The notes under the pieces: generated by a model
What the model was told of the DNA's origin: nothing
The model's database searches: none
What the model saw: the letters and a program-made list of their open reading frames with translations, nothing else
In this document: positions 11,161 through 20,607 of the stretch, one piece after another
Numbering within the stretch: the first letter of the stretch is position 1
Layout of the letters: each line of letters starts with the position of its first letter
Origin: Desulforhopalus sp.
GTDB taxonomy: Bacteria; Desulfobacterota; Desulfobulbia; Desulfobulbales; Desulfocapsaceae
Direction of reading: 5' to 3'
Assembly (NCBI GenBank): GCA_047619065.1
Contig: JBLHNA010000014.1
Location: 14,863-78,862, forward strand
Length of the DNA: 64,000 nt
Made by a program: the position numbers and the translations under genes

Positions 11161-12090
11161 ATGAAGGAGTTCTCATCAGCTAACCTGAACCGGGTCAACA
11201 TTCTAATGATACACGAAATTACTTCTAAACTATATTCAGACGTCCCCCAGGAAAGGTTGTATCACTACACCAATTTCAAAGGTCTCACGGGAATAGTGGA
11301 GAGTCAAGCGCTCTGGGCCAGTGATATCAGATATATGAATGATTCAGCCGAACTGAAACATGCGGCAGATCTTATTAAAACGGAGGTTAACCAAAGAATC
11401 GCTGAAGGTCATGCGAAACCAGATCTGCTCAACCAGTTCTTGGACTGGGTAACCCACCGAATCACCAACGGCCATATGCTTTTTGCGACATCCTTTCGAT
11501 CTAACGGCAACCTCCTCAGCCAATGGCGAGGCTACAGCCGACTCGGCAAAGGAGTCAGCCTGGGCTTTGACCCAGATTACATAGTTCGCTGTGCAGACCA
11601 GCAATCATTCCAGGTGGGAAAATGCATTTACAGCTGTAAAAGACAGGCCCAGTTGATCAGCCAGGTAATCGATGCAGTTGAAGCGCTTGCCCAATCCGAT
11701 TATCTGGAAAACAGTCCCCAGGATGAGAGAAACGATCAATCCTACCACCCTATCTTCCATTTAATTGAAAGTGACCTGCTCAGAATTGCGGCCATCCTGA
11801 AACACCCTTCCTTTGCGGAAGAAGAAGAATGGAGGGTGGTCTCCCCTGTTATCACAGACTTTGTCAATGCCCCGGTGCAGTTTCGTGAGGGTGCCTCCAT
11901 GCTCTTGCCCTATATAAATTTTGATCTGGTCTCCCGGGACAACGGACCGGTTCTTCTGCAGCATCTCTTTTTAGGACCTACTCCAAATAAAACTATTTCC
12001 ATGAACTCGCTGACCATGTTTCTCGCCAAAAACGGGATCCGCCCACCGAGAGGTATTTCCTACTGTCAGATTCCTTTCCGAGCCAGATAG
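11161..12090 (+). CDS. DUF2971-family protein
   Basis: LYHYTNFKGLTGIVESQALWASDIRYMNDSAE is the hallmark N-terminal motif of this family. The ATG at 11161 is more plausible than the track start at 10987. Confidence 0.6.
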   Translation: MKEFSSANLNRVNILMIHEITSKLYSDVPQERLYHYTNFKGLTGIVESQALWASDIRYMNDSAELKHAADLIKTEVNQRIAEGHAKPDLLNQFLDWVTHRITNGHMLFATSFRSNGNLLSQWRGYSRLGKGVSLGFDPDYIVRCADQQSFQVGKCIYSCKRQAQLISQVIDAVEALAQSDYLENSPQDERNDQSYHPIFHLIESDLLRIAAILKHPSFAEEEEWRVVSPVITDFVNAPVQFREGASMLLPYINFDLVSRDNGPVLLQHLFLGPTPNKTISMNSLTMFLAKNGIRPPRGISYCQIPFRAR

Positions 12091-12202
12091 GATCTCTATC
12101 ATGGTGCAAAAGATGAAAAGCTGGATGCTCTTTTGGAGTTACGTAGTTAACATAACTTCCAGCTAGCGATCGTAGAGAGATCTTCGGGGCATATATACCC
12201 GA

Positions 12203-12238
12203 CAGGTAAACGATAGACTCCAGGTAAGCGATAGACTC
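12203..12238 (+). repeat. Tandem 18-nt direct repeat upstream of the crp-like gene (candidate operator)
   Basis: CAGGTAAACGATAGACTC (12203-12220) is immediately followed by CAGGTAAGCGATAGACTC (12221-12238); 17/18 identical. Confidence 0.6.
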
Positions 12239-12336
12239 CGAGCGAGTACTGTAAAGAGTCCCGCTTATTTCCCGTTTACCGGGGTTAAAGAAGAAATATA
12301 AACAAGGTCTTTTACAGAACTGGAGATAGAAAAGAA

Positions 12337-12999
12337 ATGAAGTTTTTAGAAGAAAATCTTCTTGATCATCTGCAGCGTCCTGAATTTGCAGAACTCCATT
12401 CGGTGTTACTCCGTCACAATTTTCCCAAAAGCAGTTATATCTGTCAGCCTGGGACCGAGGATAACCAGGTATTTATTGTTGAGAGCGGCAAGGTACGGGT
12501 CTATCTCGGCTATGAAGAAAAGGAGTTTAATCTGGGGATACTTACAAAAGGTGATATTTACGCCACTCATACTGCTACATTTGTCCAGGCCCTCACAGAT
12601 TCCGTCGTTCTGATGACAGATGTAAAAACATTCAGACAACGCATGGTAGGAGATCCTGAGGTCACCAAGGCCATGGTTCGGGTGCTGGGGAATATTCTTC
12701 AAACGTCATTTACCATAATTGATGGGCTTGCATTCAAAGATGTCAATTCACGTTTGGTTGCTTTATTTTCTAATGAGGCAAGAAGACATGGCATTGTTTT
12801 GCAAGATGGCGAAGTGCAGATCCAAATTGACTTATCTGTTGAGCAGATTGCACGCTTGGTTGGATCAACTCGGCAAACGGTATCAATGCTCCTCAATGAT
12901 CTCGTGAGAGCTGATCTTATCGAACGTCCCGAGCGTGGAATATTCATCATTCCAAACCTCTCAGCGTTTGAAGCGGTAGGAGGAATTACTCCCTCCTGA
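12337..12999 (+). CDS. Crp/Fnr-family transcriptional regulator (possible CooA-like CO sensor, by context)
   Basis: cNMP-binding-type beta barrel (FIVESGKVRVY...GDIYA) and a C-terminal HTH (SVEQIARLVGSTRQTVSMLLNDL). It lies directly upstream of cooS. Confidence 0.85.
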   Translation: MKFLEENLLDHLQRPEFAELHSVLLRHNFPKSSYICQPGTEDNQVFIVESGKVRVYLGYEEKEFNLGILTKGDIYATHTATFVQALTDSVVLMTDVKTFRQRMVGDPEVTKAMVRVLGNILQTSFTIIDGLAFKDVNSRLVALFSNEARRHGIVLQDGEVQIQIDLSVEQIARLVGSTRQTVSMLLNDLVRADLIERPERGIFIIPNLSAFEAVGGITPS

Positions 13000-13024
13000 A
13001 AACAAAGTAAAATTATTCTATCTT

Positions 13025-13048
13025 CTGTCGGCCAGGCGACAGTTTTTT
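13025..13048 (+). promoter_or_regulatory. Perfect palindrome CTGTCG-N6-CGACAG followed by T6. Either a Crp/CooA-type operator for cooS or the intrinsic terminator of the crp-like gene.
   Basis: TGTCG (13026-13030), GCCAGG, CGACA (13037-13041), then TTTTTT (13043-13048). A TAGCAT -10-like hexamer sits at 13063-13068, which would place the palindrome centre near -41. Confidence 0.5.
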
Positions 13049-13321
13049 GTTGTTCTTTACAGTAGCATCCTCATTTAAGTGAAAAATTCTAGCCGTCACA
13101 TTTTTCCTATCAGAGTCTGAACGAAAACCTGCAAATTTTTTCAAGTTCAAGGCGGGCGATAATTTTAATCAGAAGAATACATTAAGTATTTTGAGGATTA
13201 AAATTTGAGTCCAACGAAGAAATTGGGGAAATTGGCGGTTTTCGGTCGGGCACTAATTATCCGTACAGCTAGACGATGTCTGTCCATAGATGATAAAGTC
13301 AATACTACTCGAGGAACTACC

Positions 13322-15211
13322 ATGTCCAAACAACCCACACCCGCAAAAGAGTTATCCATCTGGGAAGATGCCCAGAAAATGATTGAAAAAGCGAGAAGAG
13401 ACGGGGTGGAAACCGTTTGGGATCGCTTCGAACAGCAGCAACCGGGATGCAAATTCTGTGAGCTTGGATTGACCTGTAAGAATTGCAACATGGGGCCTTG
13501 TAGAATAAGTCTCAAGGAAAATGGCAAAATGCAACGAGGGGTTTGTGGGGCTGATGGGGATGTGATCGTGGCCCGAAATTTCGGTCGCTTTGTTGCCGGT
13601 GGATCAGCCGGACATTCCGACCATGGCCGGGATCTTATTGAAGTCCTTGAGGCCATTACAGAGGGCGAGGCTCCTGACTATAAAATCACAGATGAAAAGA
13701 AATTACGCAGTGTCTCGGTCGAGCTCGGAATTGCTGTGGAAGGTCGAGAAACAATAGCTATTGCCAAGGATTTGGTAGAAGCCTGTTTCTCAGATTTTGG
13801 CAGCCGAAAAAAAGAACTCGGATTTATCTGTCGCGTCCCCGAGGTACGTAAAGAGATCTGGCGAAAGTATAAGGTTATGCCCCGGGGAGTGGACCGGGAA
13901 ATTGCCGAAATGATGCATCGCACTCACATGGGTTGCGACAACGATGCAGTAAGTACCATGCTGCATGCGGCAAAAACATCTTTAGCTGATGGCTGGGGCG
14001 GATCCATGATAGGCACCGAACTCTCCGACATCATCTTTGGAGTCCCTACCCCATCAAAATCCCAGGTAAATCTTGGGGTAATTAAAGCTGATATGGTCAA
14101 TGTCCTTGTACATGGTCATAACCCAGTGGTTTCTGAGATGGTGCTTGCCGCCGCGCGAGATCCGGAAATGATAGCAAAAGCAAAAAAAGCTGGTGCGGAG
14201 GGTATCAATATTGGAGGCCTCTGCTGTACCGGCAATGAGCTCTTAGGCAGACAAGGCATTCCTATGGCCGGCAATCATCTGATGACTGAACTTGCAATCG
14301 TCACCGGTGCAGTAGAGGCCGTTGTGGTTGATTATCAGTGTATTATGCCTAGCATGGTTCAAGTCGCAGCCTGCTATCATACCAAATTTATTACTACTGC
14401 CGATAAAGCCCAGTTTACTGGGGCTACTCATATTTCTTTCAACACCAAAACTGCGGCAAAACAGGCAAGAGAAATAATAGAAATGGCAATAGAGGCATAT
14501 GGGGCACGTGATCAATCTCGAGTGGAGATTCCGGTTGCACCTGTAGACGTTGTCACAGGTTTTTCCAATGAAGCTTTGTTAGAGATGTTGGGCGGGAGTC
14601 TTGATCCGCTCATCGATGCCATAAAAGATGGCTCTATCCGTGGAGTTGTTGCAATCGTCGGATGTAACAATCCCAAATTCCAGCACGATTCACAAAATGT
14701 TGGTCTGGCTAAAGAATTGATTAAAAGGGATATCCTGGTTCTTGCAACCGGTTGCATTACGACGGCAGCAGGAAAGGCAGGACTTCTGGTTCCGGAGGGA
14801 AGTGAAATGGCCGGTCCAGGATTGAAAAAGATCTGTTCCGCTTTAAATATTCCTCCTGTTCTCCACTTTGGGTCCTGTGTCGATAATTCAAGAGTCATTC
14901 ATCTCTGTGGCTTAATAGCGAATGCACTGGGTGTTGATATCTCCGATCTGCCTGTTTGGGGTGCCTCCCCTGAATGGTATTCTGAAAAAGCAGTTGCAAT
15001 TGGCTTATACAGTGTGGCATCCGGAATCCCTGTGCATATAGGAACACCACCACAAATAACCGGTTCTAAACTCGTGACAGATATTGCTTTAAATGGCTTG
15101 GAAGATTTGTTTGGAGCTGCGTTTCTTGTTGAACCTGATTATGCAAAGGCCGCAGAAAAAATGGATGAAAGGATCATAGCGAAGCGACTTGCCCTCGGCC
15201 TTTCGGCCTAA
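13322..15211 (+). CDS. cooS: Anaerobic Ni-Fe-S carbon monoxide dehydrogenase catalytic subunit
   Basis: CKFCELGLTCKNCNMGPC, VLVHGHNP, GGLCCTGNE, IVGCNNP and FGSCVDNSR are the CooS cluster-ligand motifs. ATG at 13322 with a GAGGAA RBS (the track extends to a TTG at 13205). Confidence 0.95.
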   Translation: MSKQPTPAKELSIWEDAQKMIEKARRDGVETVWDRFEQQQPGCKFCELGLTCKNCNMGPCRISLKENGKMQRGVCGADGDVIVARNFGRFVAGGSAGHSDHGRDLIEVLEAITEGEAPDYKITDEKKLRSVSVELGIAVEGRETIAIAKDLVEACFSDFGSRKKELGFICRVPEVRKEIWRKYKVMPRGVDREIAEMMHRTHMGCDNDAVSTMLHAAKTSLADGWGGSMIGTELSDIIFGVPTPSKSQVNLGVIKADMVNVLVHGHNPVVSEMVLAAARDPEMIAKAKKAGAEGINIGGLCCTGNELLGRQGIPMAGNHLMTELAIVTGAVEAVVVDYQCIMPSMVQVAACYHTKFITTADKAQFTGATHISFNTKTAAKQAREIIEMAIEAYGARDQSRVEIPVAPVDVVTGFSNEALLEMLGGSLDPLIDAIKDGSIRGVVAIVGCNNPKFQHDSQNVGLAKELIKRDILVLATGCITTAAGKAGLLVPEGSEMAGPGLKKICSALNIPPVLHFGSCVDNSRVIHLCGLIANALGVDISDLPVWGASPEWYSEKAVAIGLYSVASGIPVHIGTPPQITGSKLVTDIALNGLEDLFGAAFLVEPDYAKAAEKMDERIIAKRLALGLSA

Positions 15212-15218
15212 ACCTAAG

Positions 15219-15248
15219 AGAAGTGGTCCCCCTTTAGGGACCACTTCT
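15219..15248. terminator. 12-bp-stem hairpin between the convergent cooS and amidohydrolase genes
   Basis: AGAAGTGGTCCC (15219-15230), loop CCTTTA, GGGACCACTTCT (15237-15248). Confidence 0.6.
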
Positions 15249-15388
15249 TAATAGTAGTAAAAGCAGACACCTTCAGTCACGTTTCATGCAGCAGGAGAGT
15301 CACCAGATTCCCGACTTTTACAAGCCCCAGATCCAGCAGGGAGCTGACAGGCTTAGTCATGGATGTTCTCCAGTTTGATCTGATTTGA

Positions 15389-17023
15389 TTAGAAAAGTCT
15401 ATGGACAATTCGGCCGTCGAAAACGGTCATATCTACATGTGCTTCAGCGATTGTAGAAGGTGGGCCGGTTAGGATGTTTTGGCTGAGCACTGCCAGATCG
15501 GCCTTCTTGCCTGGACCAATAATGCCCATATCGGTGGCATTGTGCACCTCCGCCGGAACAGAGGTATAAGCGTTCAGTGCCTCGGCAACGCTGATCCGGG
15601 AGTCGGGGTACCAGCCACCGTCAGGTGTGCCATCAAAGCGCTGCCTGGTCACCGCTGCATGAATCGCCGGCAGCGGATCGGGACTGCATACCGGACAATC
15701 GGAACTGAACATGACCGGTGATCCTGTATCTATTAACTCCCGAAAGGCGTAGGCCCATTTGCCTTTTTCTGCAACGACACTGTCGATGAGACTAATGTCC
15801 AGAATCATATTCACCGGGGTGACATTGAGTGCCAGGTTCAGCTTGCCGAGCCGTTTCATGTCTTCCGGCCGGATCATCTGCACATGTTCAATACGATGTC
15901 GAAATGGTGGTAAAGGTGTCGATGTCTTCCTGCGCTGTAATTCAACATTTTCGTAAATGTTGATTATCTCACGGTTGGCACGATCTCCAATGGCATGAAC
16001 CATCACAGAAAGGCCCGCTTGATCGGCTTTTTTGATCTCTTTTGCCAAGAGGTCCATATCCATCAACGGCATGCCGCAGTCGGCATCAAGATAGGGATCG
16101 ATCATCCATGCCGTACGCGCCCCCATGCCACCGTCTGAAAAAAACTTCACATGGCCGATCCGCAGTCTGTCGCTACCAAAACCGGAACGAAGGCCAAGGC
16201 CGATGATATCGTCAAGTTGGTGGCCGGGTAGACTCATCCAACATCGAAGGTCGAGGAGCTTCTCCTGTTCGAGTCTCTGGAAACACTGAAAAGATCTACC
16301 GCCATCTGCATCTGCCATTAGACGTGTATCATGAATACCCGTGATGCCCCAGCGGTGAAGAGCCTCCATCCCATCTTTAAAGGCATCGACCACCTGGCCC
16401 GTCTCTGGTATGGCAATAGCCCTGCGAACGAGATTAATAGCAAGCTCCCGCAGGATCCCGGTAGGCTCTCCTGCTTCATCCCGTTCAATTCGCCCTTCTG
16501 GCGGGTCCGGCGTGGAGCTGTCAATTCCAGCTAAGCGGAGCGCCATAGAATTGGCGACCGCCAGGTGGAGATCACAGCGCCAAAGCAATACCGGATGGTT
16601 CGGGGCAACCCTGTCGAGGCCTTGTCGGCTGGGCTGGCGTGGTATACTCCACTCGGTTTCGTTCCAGCCCTGCCCCATGATCCACTCGCCGGGTGCAAGG
16701 GTCTGGGTGGTCCTGTCTATGCGACCAAGGAGTTCGTCAAGGCTGTTGAGATCGTCCAGTTGTAGGTCCCGTCGTTTCAAGGCCCATTCGTAAAAATGAA
16801 TATGGCTGTCGAAAAATCCAGGGACGACCAGGCGTCCGTCAAGATCAATCTTTTCGGTAGTTGGTCCTGCCAGGTGAAGCATATCTTGGCTACTGCCAAG
16901 TGCTACAATGCGTCCCTGGTTAATGGCCAGGGCGTCCGCTGTTAGGAGCAGAGGCGTATCGATATTTCCACTTGCCAGTCGGGCATTGTAGAGAACGATT
17001 TCAGGTGTTCGATATTCTTTCAT
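15389..17023 (-). CDS. Metal-dependent amidohydrolase (Amidohydro_3 / YtcJ-like)
   Basis: VVPGFFDSHIHFYEW (HxH), VMVHAIGDRA, HRIEHVQM, FSSDCP. The ATG at 17023 lies 4 nt after the upstream stop; the track start at 17074 overlaps the upstream gene. Confidence 0.85.
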   Translation of the reverse strand: MKEYRTPEIVLYNARLASGNIDTPLLLTADALAINQGRIVALGSSQDMLHLAGPTTEKIDLDGRLVVPGFFDSHIHFYEWALKRRDLQLDDLNSLDELLGRIDRTTQTLAPGEWIMGQGWNETEWSIPRQPSRQGLDRVAPNHPVLLWRCDLHLAVANSMALRLAGIDSSTPDPPEGRIERDEAGEPTGILRELAINLVRRAIAIPETGQVVDAFKDGMEALHRWGITGIHDTRLMADADGGRSFQCFQRLEQEKLLDLRCWMSLPGHQLDDIIGLGLRSGFGSDRLRIGHVKFFSDGGMGARTAWMIDPYLDADCGMPLMDMDLLAKEIKKADQAGLSVMVHAIGDRANREIINIYENVELQRRKTSTPLPPFRHRIEHVQMIRPEDMKRLGKLNLALNVTPVNMILDISLIDSVVAEKGKWAYAFRELIDTGSPVMFSSDCPVCSPDPLPAIHAAVTRQRFDGTPDGGWYPDSRISVAEALNAYTSVPAEVHNATDMGIIGPGKKADLAVLSQNILTGPPSTIAEAHVDMTVFDGRIVHRLF

Positions 17024-17027
17024 ATGC

Positions 17028-18065
17028 TTACAGTAAAAAACCTTGCTGGAAAGGGTCGTTCTGATCAAGAACAAATTGATGATAACCGGTGATTGTGGCG
17101 CTTCCTCTTACCTGACCCATAATACCGCTAAATTTTCCGATGGTCAATTCTCGCATAATTCTGCCTTCGAAAACAGTGCCCAAGAGGCTTGCATTGCGGT
17201 ATGTCTGGCCGAGGCTGAGCCTGCCCTGGTGATGAAGCAGTGTCATCTTCGCTGTGGTACCAGTGCCACAAGGGGATCTGTCCATATGTGATTCGCCGTA
17301 TACCACCACACTTGAGCCCTCTCCTCCCTCAGAGTTTTCAGCGTAGAATTCGGTAACATCAATGGTGTTGACCTCGGGGCGCTGGGGATGATAAACCTTC
17401 AGCTCCCGGTTGGCGGCATCGATTATGGCCATGCCCAGGGAAATAAGTTTCTGGCTGTTTTCGCGAGTGAGCTCAATGCCGACGGATGCCGCCGATACCA
17501 TGGCGAAAAAACCGCCAACACAGACGATATCTACGGTAACCTGGCCAAAACCCGCCACTTCCAGATGACAATCAGTCTTAAAAACAAAGGATGGTACCAT
17601 ATCGATACCGACCGAGAGAACACGTCCATTTTCAACTCGTGTATGGGTCTGCAGAGGGCCGGACGGAGTGTCAACGGTGATAATAGTATCGCCGTCCTCC
17701 GCCTCGATGACTCCGGTCTCAATCAAGGTAGTAACAGCGCCAATGGTGGCATGACCACAGAGGTAGGGATAACGCCTGGCATCCATATAAATGAGGCCGA
17801 ACTGCGCCTCTGGGCTCACCGGTTCGGTAACCACTGCGGCAAACATATCTCTATGGCCTCTGGGTTCCTGAGTGAGCAGCTGGCGGAGATGGTCGTAACG
17901 AGAAGCAAAAAAATCTTTTTTCTCTTTGATAGTGCTCCCGGGTAGCTCATTTATACCTCCTATCAGTAACCTGGTAGGCTCTCCTTGGGTATGGGAGTCA
18001 ATGGTGATAAATGGGTTGGGGTATCGGTGAGAAAAGCCTTTTTTCACCTGATCGAGTTTGAGCAT
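17028..18065 (-). CDS. Proline racemase / 4-hydroxyproline epimerase family enzyme (Cys/Cys type)
   Basis: SHTQGEPTRLLIGG, LCGHATIG, DRSPCGTGTTAKM. Both catalytic Cys positions are present. Confidence 0.85.
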   Translation of the reverse strand: MLKLDQVKKGFSHRYPNPFITIDSHTQGEPTRLLIGGINELPGSTIKEKKDFFASRYDHLRQLLTQEPRGHRDMFAAVVTEPVSPEAQFGLIYMDARRYPYLCGHATIGAVTTLIETGVIEAEDGDTIITVDTPSGPLQTHTRVENGRVLSVGIDMVPSFVFKTDCHLEVAGFGQVTVDIVCVGGFFAMVSAASVGIELTRENSQKLISLGMAIIDAANRELKVYHPQRPEVNTIDVTEFYAENSEGGEGSSVVVYGESHMDRSPCGTGTTAKMTLLHHQGRLSLGQTYRNASLLGTVFEGRIMRELTIGKFSGIMGQVRGSATITGYHQFVLDQNDPFQQGFLL

Positions 18066-18217
18066 GAATAACCTAAACGTGTTCTGCTTCGTAACAATTT
18101 AGCAACAAGGCAGATGGAAAAATTTTATGATCCCATTAATTTTAGAGAACTCATAAAAGTCCAATTTTAAGAGTGAAATTCACAACAACAAAGTAGATGT
18201 TTTTTTTTACGACACCG

Positions 18218-19321
18218 TTAGTTTTCAATGGCGAGCAGATGACAGTGATGCGGTGCCACCTGCACGCTGACTTTTTCGCCGATATCGTAGATTCTGGTCC
18301 GCATCATGCTGATGATATGTATTTCCCGGCCGGATCCCAGCTCGATAAAATAACTGACCTCTCCCCCCATATAGCTGCGGTCCTTGATGCGGCCTTCAAA
18401 GGAGTTCATACCCTCTTCGGCGTTGAATTCATCCTTGGGAAAAAGATCAAAACGCTGGGCGCGGACTACCAGCTCGACCATATCGCCCTTTTTGAAATTG
18501 CCCTTATTGTCCGCTATGAGAAGGTCTCCGGTTTCAATCTTGATGTTGACGTGCTCTTGGTTGACATCGACGATCTCGCCCTTGATAAAATTAGAATGTC
18601 CGAGAAAATCGGCGACAAAATGATTAACAGGCTCATTATAGACGGTCTGCGGGTCACCTTCCTGCTGTTTCCGACCAGCCTTCATCACCAGAATCTTATC
18701 CGACATGGACAGTGCTTCACGCTGGTCATGGGTGACAAAGATGGTGGTAACGCCCAATATCTGCTGGAGGTTGTCAACTTCCCGGCGCATTTCTTCGCGC
18801 AGGTTTTCATCGAGGGCAGAGAGCGGTTCGTCCATCAACAGCACATCGGGTTCGATAACGATGGCCCTGGCCATTGCGATACGTTGCTGTTGTCCGCCAG
18901 AGAGCTGGCTTGGCATACGGTTTTCGACGCCTGGTAAGCGAACCATTTCCAGGGCCCCCATTACCTTTTCACGGATCTGTTTTTTCGACACATCGCGGTA
19001 TTTAAGGCCAAAGGCGACATTGTCATAGATGGTCTTGTGGGGAAACAGAGCATAGTTTTGAAAAATCATCCCCAGGTTGCGCTTGTGGATAGGGGTGTCA
19101 TTGATCCGTACACCCTTGATAAAGATATCGCCCTCTGTCGGTTCTTCCAGTCCGGCGACCATCCGCAGCAGGGTAGTTTTACCGCAGCCTGATGGGCCCA
19201 GCAAGGTGACCAGACTACCTTCTTCGATGTCAAAATCCATTTTTTCCACGGCTGTAACCTTGCCGTACTTCTTCATTATCCCTCTGAACTGCACCAGGGG
19301 TTGTTTCTTGCCGGTAGCCAA
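18218..19321 (-). CDS. ABC transporter ATP-binding protein (PotA-like)
   Basis: Walker A GPSGCGKTT, signature LSGGQQQR, Walker B LLMDEPLSALD, and a C-terminal TOBE-like extension. Confidence 0.9.
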   Translation of the reverse strand: MATGKKQPLVQFRGIMKKYGKVTAVEKMDFDIEEGSLVTLLGPSGCGKTTLLRMVAGLEEPTEGDIFIKGVRINDTPIHKRNLGMIFQNYALFPHKTIYDNVAFGLKYRDVSKKQIREKVMGALEMVRLPGVENRMPSQLSGGQQQRIAMARAIVIEPDVLLMDEPLSALDENLREEMRREVDNLQQILGVTTIFVTHDQREALSMSDKILVMKAGRKQQEGDPQTVYNEPVNHFVADFLGHSNFIKGEIVDVNQEHVNIKIETGDLLIADNKGNFKKGDMVELVVRAQRFDLFPKDEFNAEEGMNSFEGRIKDRSYMGGEVSYFIELGSGREIHIISMMRTRIYDIGEKVSVQVAPHHCHLLAIEN

Positions 19322-19418
19322 TGTACTCTGTCTCCCTGTTTTTGATTATGTACTGCAGAGCCGAACACCTTGTTGGTGTTCGGCTCTTATTCTTTTAACT
19401 ATAATTAATAAAACAGTA

Positions 19419-20582
19419 TCAACTCCCTGCCTTTATGCGGTCCCATTTCTCTGTCCATTCAAGCTGGTTGGCGTTCCAGTAGGCTGGATCGGCAAAGAGA
19501 TAGCCATCGAGCTTGCCGGTTGGATCAAAAGCTGGCATCTTCTTAATCTTGTCGGTCAGGGCAACCTTGGTCGGATCAAGACTTGGCGGATAGTTTTGTC
19601 CTTCGGCTACTGCTATGGCCGCAGCTGGCTCAAGCATAAAGTTGAGAAGCTTCTGGGCCACTTCCATATCAGTACCCTTGAGAACAAAGAGATATTCCAT
19701 CCACGAGTAGGTACCTTTAGGTGAAAGATAGCCGATGGGATGACCTTCCAACTGCAGCGCGGCGACTCTGCCGGACCAGCCGACCGTGGCATATATTTCC
19801 TCATTGGCAAGCAGGCTCATCAGCTCGGCTCCGGAGCTCCAGTATTTTTTCATCAGGTCACGCTGTTCCCGGAGTGCAGCCCAGATGGCCTTGAGGTCGG
19901 TAATATTGTTGGGGCTCTGGCCTGTGTGCAATGCGGCATACCACATGTTTGTTCTAAAATCCCCCCCCCAACTACCCAACTTACCTTTCAGCTCTTTGTC
20001 CCACAAGAGGGAAGCGCCCAGTTTTTCGGCCTTTTCCTTGCTGATTTTGTTGGTGTTATAGGCGATACCGGTCTGGCCAAGATCGTAAGGAACTGCAGAA
20101 AGCGTTCCCTTGGTGATCTCCCGCAACGGTTTGATCATGGAGGCCATGACGTTTTTGAGATTCGGAATTTTCGATTCATCCAGAACTGATGCAAAACCTA
20201 ACTCTGCGTAGCGGGCATAGTCGAAAACCGCGCTAAGATGGGCTATATTAAATTCGCCCCCCGGTGGATAGGAAGCTTTAACCCGGGTCAGGTATGAATT
20301 CATATCACCGAATTCTCCATCGATGACTTTTATTCCCGTCGCTTCAGTAAACGGCTTAAAGGCAAATTTCTTGAAGGCTTCAGAGGTCGAACCGCCCCAT
20401 CCATCGAAGCGGATTGAATCGGCGGCAAAGGCATTGGTGACAGCATTGCCAAAGGGTGACCCCACAAGGCCTATGGAGGCGCCAGCCAAAGCGAGGTATT
20501 TGAGGAAATGGCGACGGCTGAGTTGGCCGCTTTTATACGCTTCATGCACCCGGTCCAGTTTTTCTTTCGTTACTGTTTTCAT
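19419..20582 (-). CDS. ABC transporter periplasmic substrate-binding protein (PotD/PotF-like)
   Basis: Signal-like N-terminus RRHFLKYLALAGASIGLVGSPFGNAVTNAFA. Size and operon position fit a family-1 SBP. Confidence 0.8.
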   Translation of the reverse strand: MKTVTKEKLDRVHEAYKSGQLSRRHFLKYLALAGASIGLVGSPFGNAVTNAFAADSIRFDGWGGSTSEAFKKFAFKPFTEATGIKVIDGEFGDMNSYLTRVKASYPPGGEFNIAHLSAVFDYARYAELGFASVLDESKIPNLKNVMASMIKPLREITKGTLSAVPYDLGQTGIAYNTNKISKEKAEKLGASLLWDKELKGKLGSWGGDFRTNMWYAALHTGQSPNNITDLKAIWAALREQRDLMKKYWSSGAELMSLLANEEIYATVGWSGRVAALQLEGHPIGYLSPKGTYSWMEYLFVLKGTDMEVAQKLLNFMLEPAAAIAVAEGQNYPPSLDPTKVALTDKIKKMPAFDPTGKLDGYLFADPAYWNANQLEWTEKWDRIKAGS

Positions 20583-20607
20583 TGGTTCTCCTTTTTGAAG
20601 GGTTAAT

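Noticed and set aside
13198-13656. 152-aa minus-strand ORF, and the TTG-extended cooS start at 13205
   Set aside because: The ORF is antisense to the conserved CooS N-terminus. The CooS alignment starts at MSKQPTPAKE (ATG 13322, with an RBS), and the upstream extension has no CooS-like sequence.
18197-18937. 246-aa plus-strand ORF (and similar long antisense ORFs at 23825-24490, 41503-42201 and 17388-17945)
   Set aside because: Each lies opposite a gene with unambiguous family motifs (ABC ATPase, KamA, STAND NTPase, proline racemase). Their compositions are typical of antisense shadows and they have no RBS.
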